Of a DNA stretch of 32,000 bases, positions 18,563-27,371 are shown piece by piece (within the stretch, counting starts at the first letter, position 1; each line of letters starts with the position of its first letter). The notes beneath the pieces were generated by a model. It was given only the letters and a program-made list of their open reading frames with translations. It had not been told where the DNA came from and did no database searches. A program made the position numbers and the translations under genes. Source of the stretch: Candidatus Altimarinota bacterium (lineage in GTDB: Bacteria > Patescibacteriota > Gracilibacteria > UBA1369); the NCBI GenBank assembly GCA_041659405.1, contig JBAZYK010000011.1, positions 31,674-63,673 on the forward strand, in the 5' to 3' direction.

Positions 18563-20140
18563 TCAAGGTTTATACGTTTTAGCGAATTGCGCGCCAATAT
18601 CGATCAAATCACTTCCATCAATTTGACCATCATAAGTTGTGTCCGTAAGGGCATCAAAAGTTTGGTCCGCATCCACTTCACCAAAATGCTTCGCCAGCTT
18701 CTCTAAATCACGTCCATCAACCCGATCAGAACGATCATTGTCACCCGCCAAACCTCTGGTATCTTTTTGGACAATTTCAACCGGCAAACTCACAATTTGG
18801 CCATTCAAAGCCAAAACCTGATAATAATATTCATGATTTGGCACAATCGAGCCACCCTTTACCACTCCATCCTTATCCACAAAAGTGGTTTGCGCGATTT
18901 CACCCAAACTTATCCACTGACTATGCGCATCTTTTCTCAACACGCGATAACCGGTAGCGCCAACAACCGCATCCCAATTTAATTGCAAACTATATCTGTC
19001 TGTCCCTTCAGCCGCTTTCAAATTGGCAATTGCAGCAATCTGTTTGTCCTTAGGCGTAAAAGTCTGATCGGTAAATTGCGCAGCAGTATCCTGAGTCGGA
19101 TTTGCCACAAAACTTTTCGCATCAAAATGCAAAGTACTCGCAACCCCATTGCCACCTACCACATCAAATTGAACAGTCAAAAGATCGCCACTTCCGGAAA
19201 CCCCGGTTTTTACCGCATTAGTTCGAGCTTCCGCCAAAACCAACTTTCCTTCGATTCCATTTTCAAGCGCCGACTGAAATGAAGTTTGAACCTGTCCATT
19301 TTGGCTCAAGAAAGGTTTAATCGCCGCACTCTTAAAATGCAAAACTGCCGGATCGTAAGTCAAATCAAAACCATAAGCAAAAAGATCCTGCGCATTGGTA
19401 ATTTTGAAGGTAACATTAAGCAGATCCCCCACATAAGGAGTTTGTGAATCCAAACTCAATTCTATTTTCTGACCGGAAACCGGATCAATTTTCTGCGCAC
19501 TATTCACTCTTTTAGGAGTACCAATAATTGCGGATCCGGCAGAAGAAGTGTCCCCTGCTCCGGTTGAACTTGCCCAATTGGAAGCCAGATCGCCATTCGT
19601 TGCAGAATCAATACGTTCCATGGAAGCTTTAGTTACCGCACTACCCGCAAACCAGGCTCCGGCAGAACTATTCACCACATCAATTGAACTATCACCGGAA
19701 TCAAAAAGTTCCAAACTTTGCCCGCTATTGGCCAAGGTAATATTAATAATCGCATCCGCCGTAACAGTATTCACAGCCACTTCACGATCTTCAATCAAAA
19801 AATATCCATGCGCCGCAATTGTTCCACTCAAAATCGTATAGATATAAGCTCCGTGATTATCGTTGATAGACCAGTTTGTAAGATCAACCACCTGATCCGA
19901 ATTATTATAGAGCTCAATCCACTCATCCGTAGAAGAATCCGCAGATCCAGCCCAAGCCACTTCATTGATCACAACCGAACCCGGAGTTGCAGCTTTAGCC
20001 CTTAACAAAGAGCCCAACCAGCCATCAGCAAATCCTAAAGAAAAAACAAAAGTCGCTAAAACGGTAATCGCCAATCCTCGCCAAAATCTTCGCGGAGACG
20101 CCTCCGCCCGCAATAAACACTTCATGTGTTTTTGTTTCAT
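18563..20140 (-). CDS. Secreted lamin-tail (LTD) + cohesin + fibronectin III + dockerin protein
   Basis: Signal peptide; VVINEVAWAGS...DEWIELYNNSD (LTD); cohesin-like TPYVGDLLNVTFKITNAQDLFAYGFDLTYDPAVLHF; Fn3-like repeat; dockerin EF-hands DNDRSDRVDGRDL and DTTYDGQIDGSDL. Confidence 0.85.
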   Translation of the reverse strand: MKQKHMKCLLRAEASPRRFWRGLAITVLATFVFSLGFADGWLGSLLRAKAATPGSVVINEVAWAGSADSSTDEWIELYNNSDQVVDLTNWSINDNHGAYIYTILSGTIAAHGYFLIEDREVAVNTVTADAIINITLANSGQSLELFDSGDSSIDVVNSSAGAWFAGSAVTKASMERIDSATNGDLASNWASSTGAGDTSSAGSAIIGTPKRVNSAQKIDPVSGQKIELSLDSQTPYVGDLLNVTFKITNAQDLFAYGFDLTYDPAVLHFKSAAIKPFLSQNGQVQTSFQSALENGIEGKLVLAEARTNAVKTGVSGSGDLLTVQFDVVGGNGVASTLHFDAKSFVANPTQDTAAQFTDQTFTPKDKQIAAIANLKAAEGTDRYSLQLNWDAVVGATGYRVLRKDAHSQWISLGEIAQTTFVDKDGVVKGGSIVPNHEYYYQVLALNGQIVSLPVEIVQKDTRGLAGDNDRSDRVDGRDLEKLAKHFGEVDADQTFDALTDTTYDGQIDGSDLIDIGAQFAKTYKP

Positions 20141-20318
20141 AATTTGTTTTTAAGAAATACAAGAAATACTTTCAGCTAAAAGTATCGCCAAAATATCACC
20201 ATCAAATTAAAAAAATCTAAACCCAAAGTGAAATAAACTTAAAAACGCGGGACGCCAATGTTATTCAGCAATCCCGCGCATTAATTTAAAGCCTGCTTTC
20301 AACTATGAGACTCCGGAT

Positions 20319-21815
20319 TTATATTTTCTTAAAAAACTTTTTAACCTTACCTGCGGCCGCATTTACTTTATCGGCAGCACGCTGGGCTTCCGCCTTGATT
20401 CTGCTTGCTTCCGCCTTTACTTTATCGGCAGCACGTTTAAGTTCAGCCTCAACTTTATTCTTAAAACTTTGCGCCTGACCAGCCACAGTTTTAACCTGTT
20501 TTTTAAGCTGATTTTTAGTATTACTCACATATCGATTCAATTCATTTTTTGCGCTGTTAATTTCACGTCGCAATTCCGCAACATATCTTTTCGCAACACG
20601 CTCTCCTTCGGCTGCAACATCTTCATATTCACGCTGCATCTCTTGACCGAATCTATCAATGGTTCCTCCAACTGTTTCATAATAATCGGTAAGTTCCCTT
20701 TCAATTTCCTTGCCAATTTTTGAGTCCTGAGCGCGCTTTAGTTCAGCATTAAAATGTTCATTAGCCCTATTAGCTTCCGCAACAACCTGTTTCTTTTCAC
20801 GACCAAGTTCCGCGGAAACACGTCCCTTTAATCGATTAAACTCTTCTTTAACCTGGTTTCCAATACGCTTGGATTCCGCCTTTAAAACATCTTCAAAGCG
20901 ATCATATTCATTGGCAATTTTTCCGGTAACAGGTTGAAGATAATTTTTATCAAAACGCTTCAACTCAGCCTGGGTTTTTACCATACAAGAAGGACAAGCG
21001 ATTGAAACAACCGTATATAACGCAACATATTGCGGACCAAGATAACTTTGAGCCATGGCATTTATGATCATACTGCGCAAAGTTGCTTTAATAGTTTTTG
21101 AATTTACAGGCTTGGTAAAATCAAATTCGACGCCCGCAAACGCCGGAACCAATTTAGCAAGCGCCTGATTTGCAAGCTTATTCGCTTCCTGCTTGGCATA
21201 ATTTTTGAATTCATTTTCAACAGCCGCTTTAATCGCTTTGGTATTTTTTGGATCCTTAATTAATATTTCGGCAAAATTTCTTACACTTTCCTTACCCAAC
21301 ATATTGATGGCAAATTCTCCGGTATCGGTGACAGCAGTACTAAAAACTTCACGCATAACTTCCTCCACTTTTATGCCGGAAATGCTGCCGGACAAAACGA
21401 ATTTACCAAGTTTTTCCGTAGATTTTTTAACGGTATTGGCGATATCTGTTTCCGGATAAAGTTTCAACAAAGCTTCAGGGACTTCCCGTGACGCATACTC
21501 AGCCAATATTTTAGATACGACATCATCTTTGGATTCTTTGTTTTTCTGAACTTCCAGAGACTTTTTTTCTTCTAAAGATTTCACATTGTCTTCAGGAGCG
21601 GACCCTTTTAAAGGCGCTTCCGAAGTTAAAGGATTATTCGCAATAAGAACATTATGTGAAATTCCGGAAGTTTGAACAGCCGCTTTTGGATAAAACGAAC
21701 TAAAGAATGAACCAAAAACAGACGCTTCCAAACTGGAAGCATTTGAGTAAGTGACAAATCCAAACATCGTTAGAGCCGCCACCAAAGTAACCATTTGTTT
21801 TTTATGTGTATTCAT
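20319..21815 (-). CDS. Secreted long coiled-coil protein, function unknown
   Basis: N-terminal signal-like segment, then Lys/Glu/Ala heptad-rich C-terminal half with AADKVKAEASRIKAEAQRAADKV repeats. Confidence 0.7.
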   Translation of the reverse strand: MNTHKKQMVTLVAALTMFGFVTYSNASSLEASVFGSFFSSFYPKAAVQTSGISHNVLIANNPLTSEAPLKGSAPEDNVKSLEEKKSLEVQKNKESKDDVVSKILAEYASREVPEALLKLYPETDIANTVKKSTEKLGKFVLSGSISGIKVEEVMREVFSTAVTDTGEFAINMLGKESVRNFAEILIKDPKNTKAIKAAVENEFKNYAKQEANKLANQALAKLVPAFAGVEFDFTKPVNSKTIKATLRSMIINAMAQSYLGPQYVALYTVVSIACPSCMVKTQAELKRFDKNYLQPVTGKIANEYDRFEDVLKAESKRIGNQVKEEFNRLKGRVSAELGREKKQVVAEANRANEHFNAELKRAQDSKIGKEIERELTDYYETVGGTIDRFGQEMQREYEDVAAEGERVAKRYVAELRREINSAKNELNRYVSNTKNQLKKQVKTVAGQAQSFKNKVEAELKRAADKVKAEASRIKAEAQRAADKVNAAAGKVKKFFKKI

Positions 21816-21971
21816 ATGATTTTTGTTTTAAAAAATAAACACTTCGACATATTATGACACATATCCAGACTTAATGCAAGTGCCAATTCGCAAAAATTAA
21901 AAAGCAAAGCCGTAAGACTTAAATGAAATTTGCTTTTTGCAATCGCTATGCTAAAATTCGCACACAATTAA

Positions 21972-22246
21972 GCCGCAGTAGCTCAGCCGGTAGAGCGCAT
22001 CCATGGTAAGAAATTTGCCCATCCCCAGAGAAATCTCCGGATGAATCCCGAATAACGGTTAAAGGCCTTAAGCAAAAACAAGGTTAAGACCGTGGCCCGC
22101 CAAGGCGGGCCCGAACGACTGACAAGGGTAGCTAAATCCAGAATAGCTGGATATGCTAAAGATACAGTCTAATCCTCAGCAATACATAAAACTGAGGTAA
22201 CAAATGAAGGATGAGGTCTCGGGTTCGATTCCCGACTGTGGCTCCA
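21972..22246 (+). tRNA. tRNA-Thr (anticodon GGU) interrupted by an intron in the anticodon loop; exons 21972-22007 and 22207-22246, CCA encoded
   Basis: Acceptor GCCGCAG/CTGTGGC, D arm GCTC/GAGC, spliced anticodon arm CATCC-ATGGTAA-GGATG, T arm TCGGG-TTCGATT-CCCGA. Confidence 0.92.
22008..22206 (+). other. Group I intron (199 nt, no ORF) inserted after anticodon position 36
   Basis: Exon 1 ends in U, intron ends in G; P7 pairing ACGACUGAC / GAUACAGUC; P8-like hairpin UAGC...GCUA between them; short IGS-like GCC opposite GGU. Confidence 0.82.
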
Positions 22247-22253
22247 GAAATTA
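22237..22253 (+). repeat. Direct repeat (left): TGTGGCTCCAGAAATTA, 3' end of tRNA-Thr
   Basis: Identical 17-mer at 22897-22913. Confidence 0.9.
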
Positions 22254-22832
22254 CAAATCAGTTTTAAACCCTATGCTCTGAGAAGATTTGTTTTCGATAG
22301 GCTTCGTCAAAGCTTCAATAGTTTTCCAGACCTTTTTAAATTCGCGATCTGTTTTATTGGCCTGTTTTAACATAAAACTACGTACCTCAGAAAGCTGATC
22401 AACTAAGTTTTCATGAGAGGCAAGCGCATGACGAAGTCTGACAAAAGCCTTAACAACTTCTATGCTCATTTGAATAGCTCGTTTACTTCTAAGCACGCTG
22501 GCTAGCATGACGGTACCGTGTTCAGTGAACGCAAATGGCATCTTTCTACGGCCTCCACGGTTTGATGTCACAAATTGTGATATCAAATTATCAAACTCTT
22601 TGACTGACAGTTGAAACATAAAGTCTTCGGGGAATCGATCCATGTTTCTATGAACAGCCTGATTGAGAACTCGAGTTTCAACATCGTATAGTTTTGCCAA
22701 ATCTTCATCCAACATTATTTTCCGCCCTCGAATCACATAAATTGAATCATCAATAAGCTGAACCGGAATAAGGGCACCAATTTTACTATTTTTCGATTGT
22801 TTTTTAATCATGAAATAATTTATAGCAAACAA
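22251..22832 (-). CDS. ORF6N-domain protein (KilA-N/ORF6N family)
   Basis: VYVIRGRKIMLDEDLAKLYDVETRVLNQAVHRNMDRFPEDFMFQLSVKEF...FAFTEHGTVMLASVLRSKRAIQMSIEVVKAFVRLR-type sequence, diagnostic for ORF6N. Confidence 0.92.
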   Translation of the reverse strand: MFAINYFMIKKQSKNSKIGALIPVQLIDDSIYVIRGRKIMLDEDLAKLYDVETRVLNQAVHRNMDRFPEDFMFQLSVKEFDNLISQFVTSNRGGRRKMPFAFTEHGTVMLASVLRSKRAIQMSIEVVKAFVRLRHALASHENLVDQLSEVRSFMLKQANKTDREFKKVWKTIEALTKPIENKSSQSIGFKTDL

Positions 22833-22896
22833 ACATTAAATTTTTATAAAAAAAACTTAAAATTTCCCCTCAAATAAGTTCAATTCCCATCCAAGA

Positions 22897-22913
22897 TGTG
22901 GCTCCAGAAATTA
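22897..22913 (+). repeat. Direct repeat (right): TGTGGCTCCAGAAATTA
   Basis: Identical to 22237-22253. Confidence 0.9.
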
Positions 22914-22916
22914 AAA

Positions 22917-23396
22917 CTACTTCCTCTTTTCCAAAAGATCCCGGATTTCCGTTAGAAGATGAACCTCTTTGGTTTCCATTGTAAGCATAGGACCAATTTC
23001 TTCCGTTTGCTGAACCCCGGATTGAACACTTTGACCAGCTTTTTTGTCTTTTTTCTCCTGCATTTCTTTTAGAGTGTTGAGAATTTTAACCGCAACAAAC
23101 ATTGAAAGCGCGACCAGCACAAAATTAAAAAGAACCTGAATAAAATTCCCATAATTAACAGAAACCGCACCGGCAAGGACTTTCCCTGCGCTATCCGTTA
23201 CCTCCGGTTTAAGAATAAATTTAAAACTATCAAATTTGATCCCGCCGGTTACATAACCAATTGGCGGCATAATCATGTCGTTCACAAGCGACGAAACAAT
23301 GCCATTGAAGGCCGTTCCAATCATAATACCAATGGCCATATCAATCACATTGCCCTTGATCGCAAACTTTTTAAATTCGTCCAAAAACTTAAACAT
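22917..23396 (-). CDS. mscL: Large-conductance mechanosensitive channel
   Basis: FKKFAIKGNVIDMAIGIMIGTAFNGIVSSLVNDMIMPPIG motif and C-terminal TEIRDLL. Confidence 0.95.
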   Translation of the reverse strand: MFKFLDEFKKFAIKGNVIDMAIGIMIGTAFNGIVSSLVNDMIMPPIGYVTGGIKFDSFKFILKPEVTDSAGKVLAGAVSVNYGNFIQVLFNFVLVALSMFVAVKILNTLKEMQEKKDKKAGQSVQSGVQQTEEIGPMLTMETKEVHLLTEIRDLLEKRK

Positions 23397-23449
23397 GCCC
23401 CCAGTTTACCCCAACTTCCCATTTTAACAATCCCCACAAACTCTAAAAA

Positions 23450-23621
23450 ACAGCATGAGCGGAGGAAAGTTTGAGCAAAATACAAAAAGATGAGCGAAAA
23501 ATTCGAAGCAAAGCGTGGATTTTTGAGGATTGGGTCTCGTGGGCCCCAACTACAAACAGCATTCGCGGAGGAAAGTTTGAGCAAATTGAGGATTTTTGAA
23601 TGATGGGTCTCGTGGGCCCCA
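23450..23621. repeat. Two imperfect direct-repeat units in the mscL upstream region
   Basis: ACAGCATxxGCGGAGGAAAGTTTGAGCAAA...GAGGATT...TGGGTCTCGTGGGCCCCA occurs at 23450-23549 and 23556-23621. Confidence 0.8.
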
Positions 23622-23976
23622 GCATGAAAAAATCCGAATAGTGCGAAAACTTTTCGTAGCGAATACCCTGCCCTTTTGGAAAATACTAAAAAACTTTTCA
23701 GGGAAAAGGTTTTTAGATTTAAAAAAACTCCATCATGCCGTTGAACCTCAAGGATACTAAACCCCCAGTACCCAGTATGGGTGCCCGCAAACCAACCGCA
23801 CACGGTTGGATATATTGAGCCCCCTTAAACAATGCGAAGAGAGAGTATATGGGGTCCTGACGTGCAAAATAGAGTAACCAAAATGTAACAAAAATCAGCC
23901 AAAATATCAAGGACTTCCCGGCTTAAAAAATAGTCAACTAGCCATTGTATCTGGTCAGTCGACAACGCCCCTATTG

Positions 23977-24621
23977 CTAGGTACCCAAAAAAATCACCGA
24001 TTTAATGAAAATGGCCATAGTGCTGATCAAGTACTGCAAAATCGAATATCCTAAATAATGAGCCAACACATATTGGTCAAAAAGCAAAAAAATGATGAAA
24101 TATAGCATACTCTTCTGTAAATATCGATCATACGCAAGCCGGAATCGCTTAGGAATAAGTATTCCGATCATTTTCGAACCATCCAAAGGCGCAAACGGGA
24201 AAAAATTAAACACGCACAGGAAAATATTCACATCCAAAATAGTAAATAAAAGACGATCCAGCCACATCGGCATCAAAAATGGCAAATATTTTAAAGGCAG
24301 CGCCAATACAAACGCTAAAATCAGATTCGATACAGGGCCGGCAAAAGCCGTTAAAGACGAATCACGCACCGGACGCCGAAAATAATTTAGATTCACCGGA
24401 ACCGGTTTTCCCCAGCCAAAATGAATCAAAAAAAGCATGATCGTGCCCATTGGATCCAGGTGCGCCAAAGGGTTTAAAGAAATGCGCCCGGCCAGTTTTG
24501 CGGTTGGATCACCCAGATAATAAGCGACCATGGCATGTGAACATTCATGGATTGTAACCGCTACCAGAAGCGCAATAATTACATAAGGATCAAACATATT
24601 CGGAACAAAATTAAACTTCAA
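23977..24621 (-). CDS. Site-2 protease family (M50) membrane metalloprotease
   Basis: HECSHAMVAYYLGDPTAKLAGRISLNPLAHLDPMG and FNFFPFAPLDGSK motifs. Confidence 0.93.
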   Translation of the reverse strand: MKFNFVPNMFDPYVIIALLVAVTIHECSHAMVAYYLGDPTAKLAGRISLNPLAHLDPMGTIMLFLIHFGWGKPVPVNLNYFRRPVRDSSLTAFAGPVSNLILAFVLALPLKYLPFLMPMWLDRLLFTILDVNIFLCVFNFFPFAPLDGSKMIGILIPKRFRLAYDRYLQKSMLYFIIFLLFDQYVLAHYLGYSILQYLISTMAIFIKSVIFLGT

Positions 24622-24743
24622 ACGGGGTTATCATATCATTAAAATACTGCACTTAACCTTGAAAAAACAATAAATCATGTTAAACTTACGAAGCTCGCGC
24701 CAAAAAGCGCTACTTAATCACACCAATTACTAATTTAATAATT

Positions 24744-25007
24744 ATGTCTAAAGTTTGCCAACTATCCGGAAAAAGACCACAAACCGGTCACAATGTGAGT
24801 CATTCCAACCGCAAGACAATGCGCCGTTTTCTACCTAACCTGGTCACCAAAAGAATCGTTGACCCGGTAACCAAGAAAACAATTAAAGTTAAAATGTCCG
24901 TTCGCGCACAAAGAACATTGTTGAAAAATCCAGCTAAATTCAAGAAACAACTCGCAAAATTGGTAGAGAAAAAAGCGATCAGAGCAGCCGGAAAATCATT
25001 GGCGTAA
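24744..25007 (+). CDS. rpmB: 50S ribosomal protein L28
   Basis: [33 protein letters not shown]... matches bL28. Confidence 0.95.
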   Translation: MSKVCQLSGKRPQTGHNVSHSNRKTMRRFLPNLVTKRIVDPVTKKTIKVKMSVRAQRTLLKNPAKFKKQLAKLVEKKAIRAAGKSLA

Positions 25008-25022
25008 GCGAATCTTTAATTA

Positions 25023-25112
25023 GGAGAGATCGCATAGTGGCCGAGTGCGCATGCTTGGAAAGCATGTAACGTCGCAAGGCGTTCGAGGGTTCGAATCCCT
25101 CTCTCTCCGCCA
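25023..25112 (+). tRNA. tRNA-Ser (anticodon GGA), long variable arm, CCA encoded
   Basis: Acceptor GGAGAGA/TCTCTCC, anticodon arm CATGC-TTGGAAA-GCATG, T arm GAGGG-TTCGAAT-CCCTC. Confidence 0.95.
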
Positions 25113-25122
25113 GACAACATGC

Positions 25123-25233
25123 GAGAAATGCGGTCCGAAATGGAGCGCATCCGAGCTCCGCGAGGATAAGCGTAATGCAGGACTCCGAGTCAAAAATAGC
25201 GTGAGTTATTTTTGAACGAGGAGAGCATTTCCC
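25123..25233 (+). ncRNA. Candidate structured RNA downstream of tRNA-Ser
   Basis: Closing helix 25123-25131/25225-25233 (8 of 9), hairpin TCAAAAATA/TATTTTTGA (25190-25198/25207-25215), internal GGAGC...GCTCC hairpin. Confidence 0.3.
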
Positions 25234-25291
25234 TTGTGCAAGAATTGCGAGGTTTGCGTTCCGAACCAAAGATTTAGTACAATCAAGCCAC

Positions 25292-25837
25292 ATGAAAAAA
25301 ATTTTATTACCACTGCTACTCATTGTTTTCATTCAAACGGGTTGTGGTAACGGCGGAATTAAAGAAGAAGCCCACACCCAACGACCGGGTGAGTTTAAAA
25401 ATGGGCAACTGTATGCCACTTTTAAGATAGATAATTTCCAGATGAACTATCCCAATTGGCCGAATTTTGATACAAGCAAAGCGGCCGACGCGGACAAATA
25501 CAAGCTTGCAGTAGCCAATGAAGGCTGCAGTTTTATTATTAAAGTCTCACCGGTTCCCTCAAACATTTCCTTTAAAGATTATGCCGAGAATGCGCTTCAA
25601 GAAGGGACAAAACTATATCCAACAAAGATTTTGATCAAAGACGTTAAGGACACTTTTGCCCATTTTGAAGGCGAAATATCAATGAGCAACGTTATCATGA
25701 AAAGTGTTACCTACGCCTATTTCACCGGCAAAAAAGAATCTGTCAGTGTCGGTTTGGTTGCCCGAAAAGACCAATTTGACCAAGGCTGCACGCCAATAAT
25801 GGATGAAGCGATCAGCAGCGTTAAAGTGGACTTCTAA
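25292..25837 (+). CDS. Hypothetical lipoprotein
   Basis: Signal peptide with lipobox MKKILLPLLLIVFIQTGCGNG; 181 aa. Confidence 0.75.
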   Translation: MKKILLPLLLIVFIQTGCGNGGIKEEAHTQRPGEFKNGQLYATFKIDNFQMNYPNWPNFDTSKAADADKYKLAVANEGCSFIIKVSPVPSNISFKDYAENALQEGTKLYPTKILIKDVKDTFAHFEGEISMSNVIMKSVTYAYFTGKKESVSVGLVARKDQFDQGCTPIMDEAISSVKVDF

Positions 25838-26693
25838 TTCTGGCCAAAGCCACACTTGTAAGTCTGGTATAAATTTGAGTTGTGCGGATACTGCTGTGCC
25901 CCAAAAGCTCCTGCAAATAACGAATATCCACACCATTTTCCAGCAAATGAGTCGCAAAACTGTGCCGCAACGCATGAAATCCGGCAATTTTATTGATCCC
26001 CGCTTTTTGCATAGCCTGCAAAAAAACTTTCTGAGCCGTTCGCGAATGCAACTTCCCTCCCCTCTGGCTTTCAAAAACAAAATCGCCCAAACTCTTACCA
26101 AAAATAAACGCCTTCAATTCATCTTTTATTTTACCCGGCATCACCGAAAGACGATCCTTGCCACCTTTTCCTTTTCGCACACAAACAAGCACACGCTCAA
26201 AATCCAAATCAGCCACCTTCAAATTAACAACCTCACTCACCCGCAAACCAGATCCATAAGCCAAAGAAAGCATTAACCGATGTTTCTGATTTTTAAGAGC
26301 TGCCAGTAGTGCCAAAATCTCTTCCTTCAAGAAAACAACAGGCAAACGCCGAGATCTTTTCGCAAACTTTAAAGGAATTTGTGTTTGATTCTTCAGCACC
26401 TCCCGATAAAAAAATTTAATCGAATTCAAATAAAGATTCACCGTTTGCGGAGCAAAGCCCTTATCGTGCTTCCACAAAAGAAAAGTCCGAATTTTCTCGA
26501 CATCCAAAATTTCAATATTAGAGCCCGCTTCGCAAGCAGTAGCAATAGTCATATCCTGCGGCCCCAAAGCTCTGGAATCATTTTTCAAAAATGCCAAAAA
26601 CACACTCAAACATGACCGATAAGCCTTAGCCGTCCGCTGACTATGCCCACGAAGCTTCACTTCCTCCACCAAACGATCCAAATAATATTTCAT
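25821..26693 (-). CDS. Tyrosine recombinase (Xer/IntI-like)
   Basis: Catalytic motifs AYGSGLRVSEVVNL, GKGGKDR, HALRHSFATHLLENG, LQELLGHSSIRTTQIYTR; C-terminal RSPL as in IntI; lacks the extra IntI segment between GKGxKDR and HxLRH. Confidence 0.95.
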   Translation of the reverse strand: MKYYLDRLVEEVKLRGHSQRTAKAYRSCLSVFLAFLKNDSRALGPQDMTIATACEAGSNIEILDVEKIRTFLLWKHDKGFAPQTVNLYLNSIKFFYREVLKNQTQIPLKFAKRSRRLPVVFLKEEILALLAALKNQKHRLMLSLAYGSGLRVSEVVNLKVADLDFERVLVCVRKGKGGKDRLSVMPGKIKDELKAFIFGKSLGDFVFESQRGGKLHSRTAQKVFLQAMQKAGINKIAGFHALRHSFATHLLENGVDIRYLQELLGHSSIRTTQIYTRLTSVALARIRSPL

Positions 26694-26835
26694 AACTTTT
26701 TTATTATAAAACTAAAGACCCCCAAAGAAGACTCAATGGAGGTCGGTAGCAAGATGCTACGGAAGAAGAATTGCCAATAACATTGTAGTATTTTTCATTG
26801 TTCATGGTCAATTTAAAATTTTTAGTGCTAGCCCG

Positions 26836-26904
26836 TGGTGGAGATAAGGGGAATTGAACCCCTGGAAGATGAATGGCAATTCCTCCTCCGCGCCTGCTAT
26901 CCCC
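26836..26904 (-). ncRNA. tRNA-like 3' domain (acceptor stem, T arm and encoded CCA), incomplete or degenerate
   Basis: Minus strand: GGGGATA ... AGGGG-TTCAATT-CCCCT TATCTCC A CCA; seven acceptor pairs with one G-U, but only 34 nt between acceptor and T arm. Confidence 0.45.
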
Positions 26905-27045
26905 GCCCAAGGCCAGCTGAGAACAAAATACACAAAAAACATTAAAAAATTCTAAACCCAAAATGAAAAAAACTTAAAAAACATCACTTCCCAAAACCCA
27001 CCATTCTCTGCTACTATCGCGCCATAAAGCACCGCAAGACACTAG

Positions 27046-27323
27046 TTGTGCAACAAGTTGCTCACGCGTTTATTAATCAATCTTCCTAAAACTCAAAAAA
27101 ACCTGGAAAAGTAAGAAGCTCCCGGTCTGTTCGCAACTCATCGCACAACAGCACACATGCGGTTCGCTGGCTTTCGGCTAATCCAAGGCACAAACTGCTC
27201 TTCAAAAAGGTTTAAGAAACCTATAAATCTCAAGAAAACTCTCACGCTCTCCCAACTTATTTGCAGCAGTCGCCCTTCGGGCATATTATACCGCTGCCAA
27301 TAAGTTCGCATGGCGTGCGAACG
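27046..27323 (+). repeat. ORF-less cassette, copy 1 (278 bp)
   Basis: Appears identical by eye to 30133-30410 and 30821-31098. Confidence 0.93.
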
Positions 27324-27329
27324 TTAGCT
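27143..27329 (+). repeat. attC-like site a
   Basis: CACAACAGCACACATGCGG near the left pairs imperfectly with CGCATGGCGTGCGAACGTT at the right. Confidence 0.8.
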
Positions 27330-27371
27330 GCCATACTCCCTGCGTGAAATTTTAATCTTAATAAAAAAACT

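Noticed and set aside
23345-23803. 152-aa minus-strand ORF upstream of mscL
   Set aside because: It overlaps the mscL start and covers the repeat blocks; composition is atypical and the reading frame is likely fortuitous.
24979-25332. 117-aa minus-strand ORF containing AEREGFEPSNALR
   Set aside because: This is the well-known spurious peptide from translating the antisense of a tRNA gene; it overlaps tRNA-Ser at 25023-25112.
25821-26693. Calling the recombinase a canonical IntI
   Set aside because: The IntI-specific additional region is missing; only neighbourhood, orientation and the RSPL tail support an integron role.
26704-26961. 85-aa minus-strand ORF next to the recombinase
   Set aside because: Part of it (GVQFPLSPPRAS) is the translation of the tRNA-like T arm/CCA end, so it is probably not a protein.
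26836-27045. Full tmRNA gene on the minus strand
   Set aside because: The 3' end looks tmRNA-like, but I could find no 5' GGGG..UGAUU..GGxUUCGAC segment or tag ORF in the space before the array.
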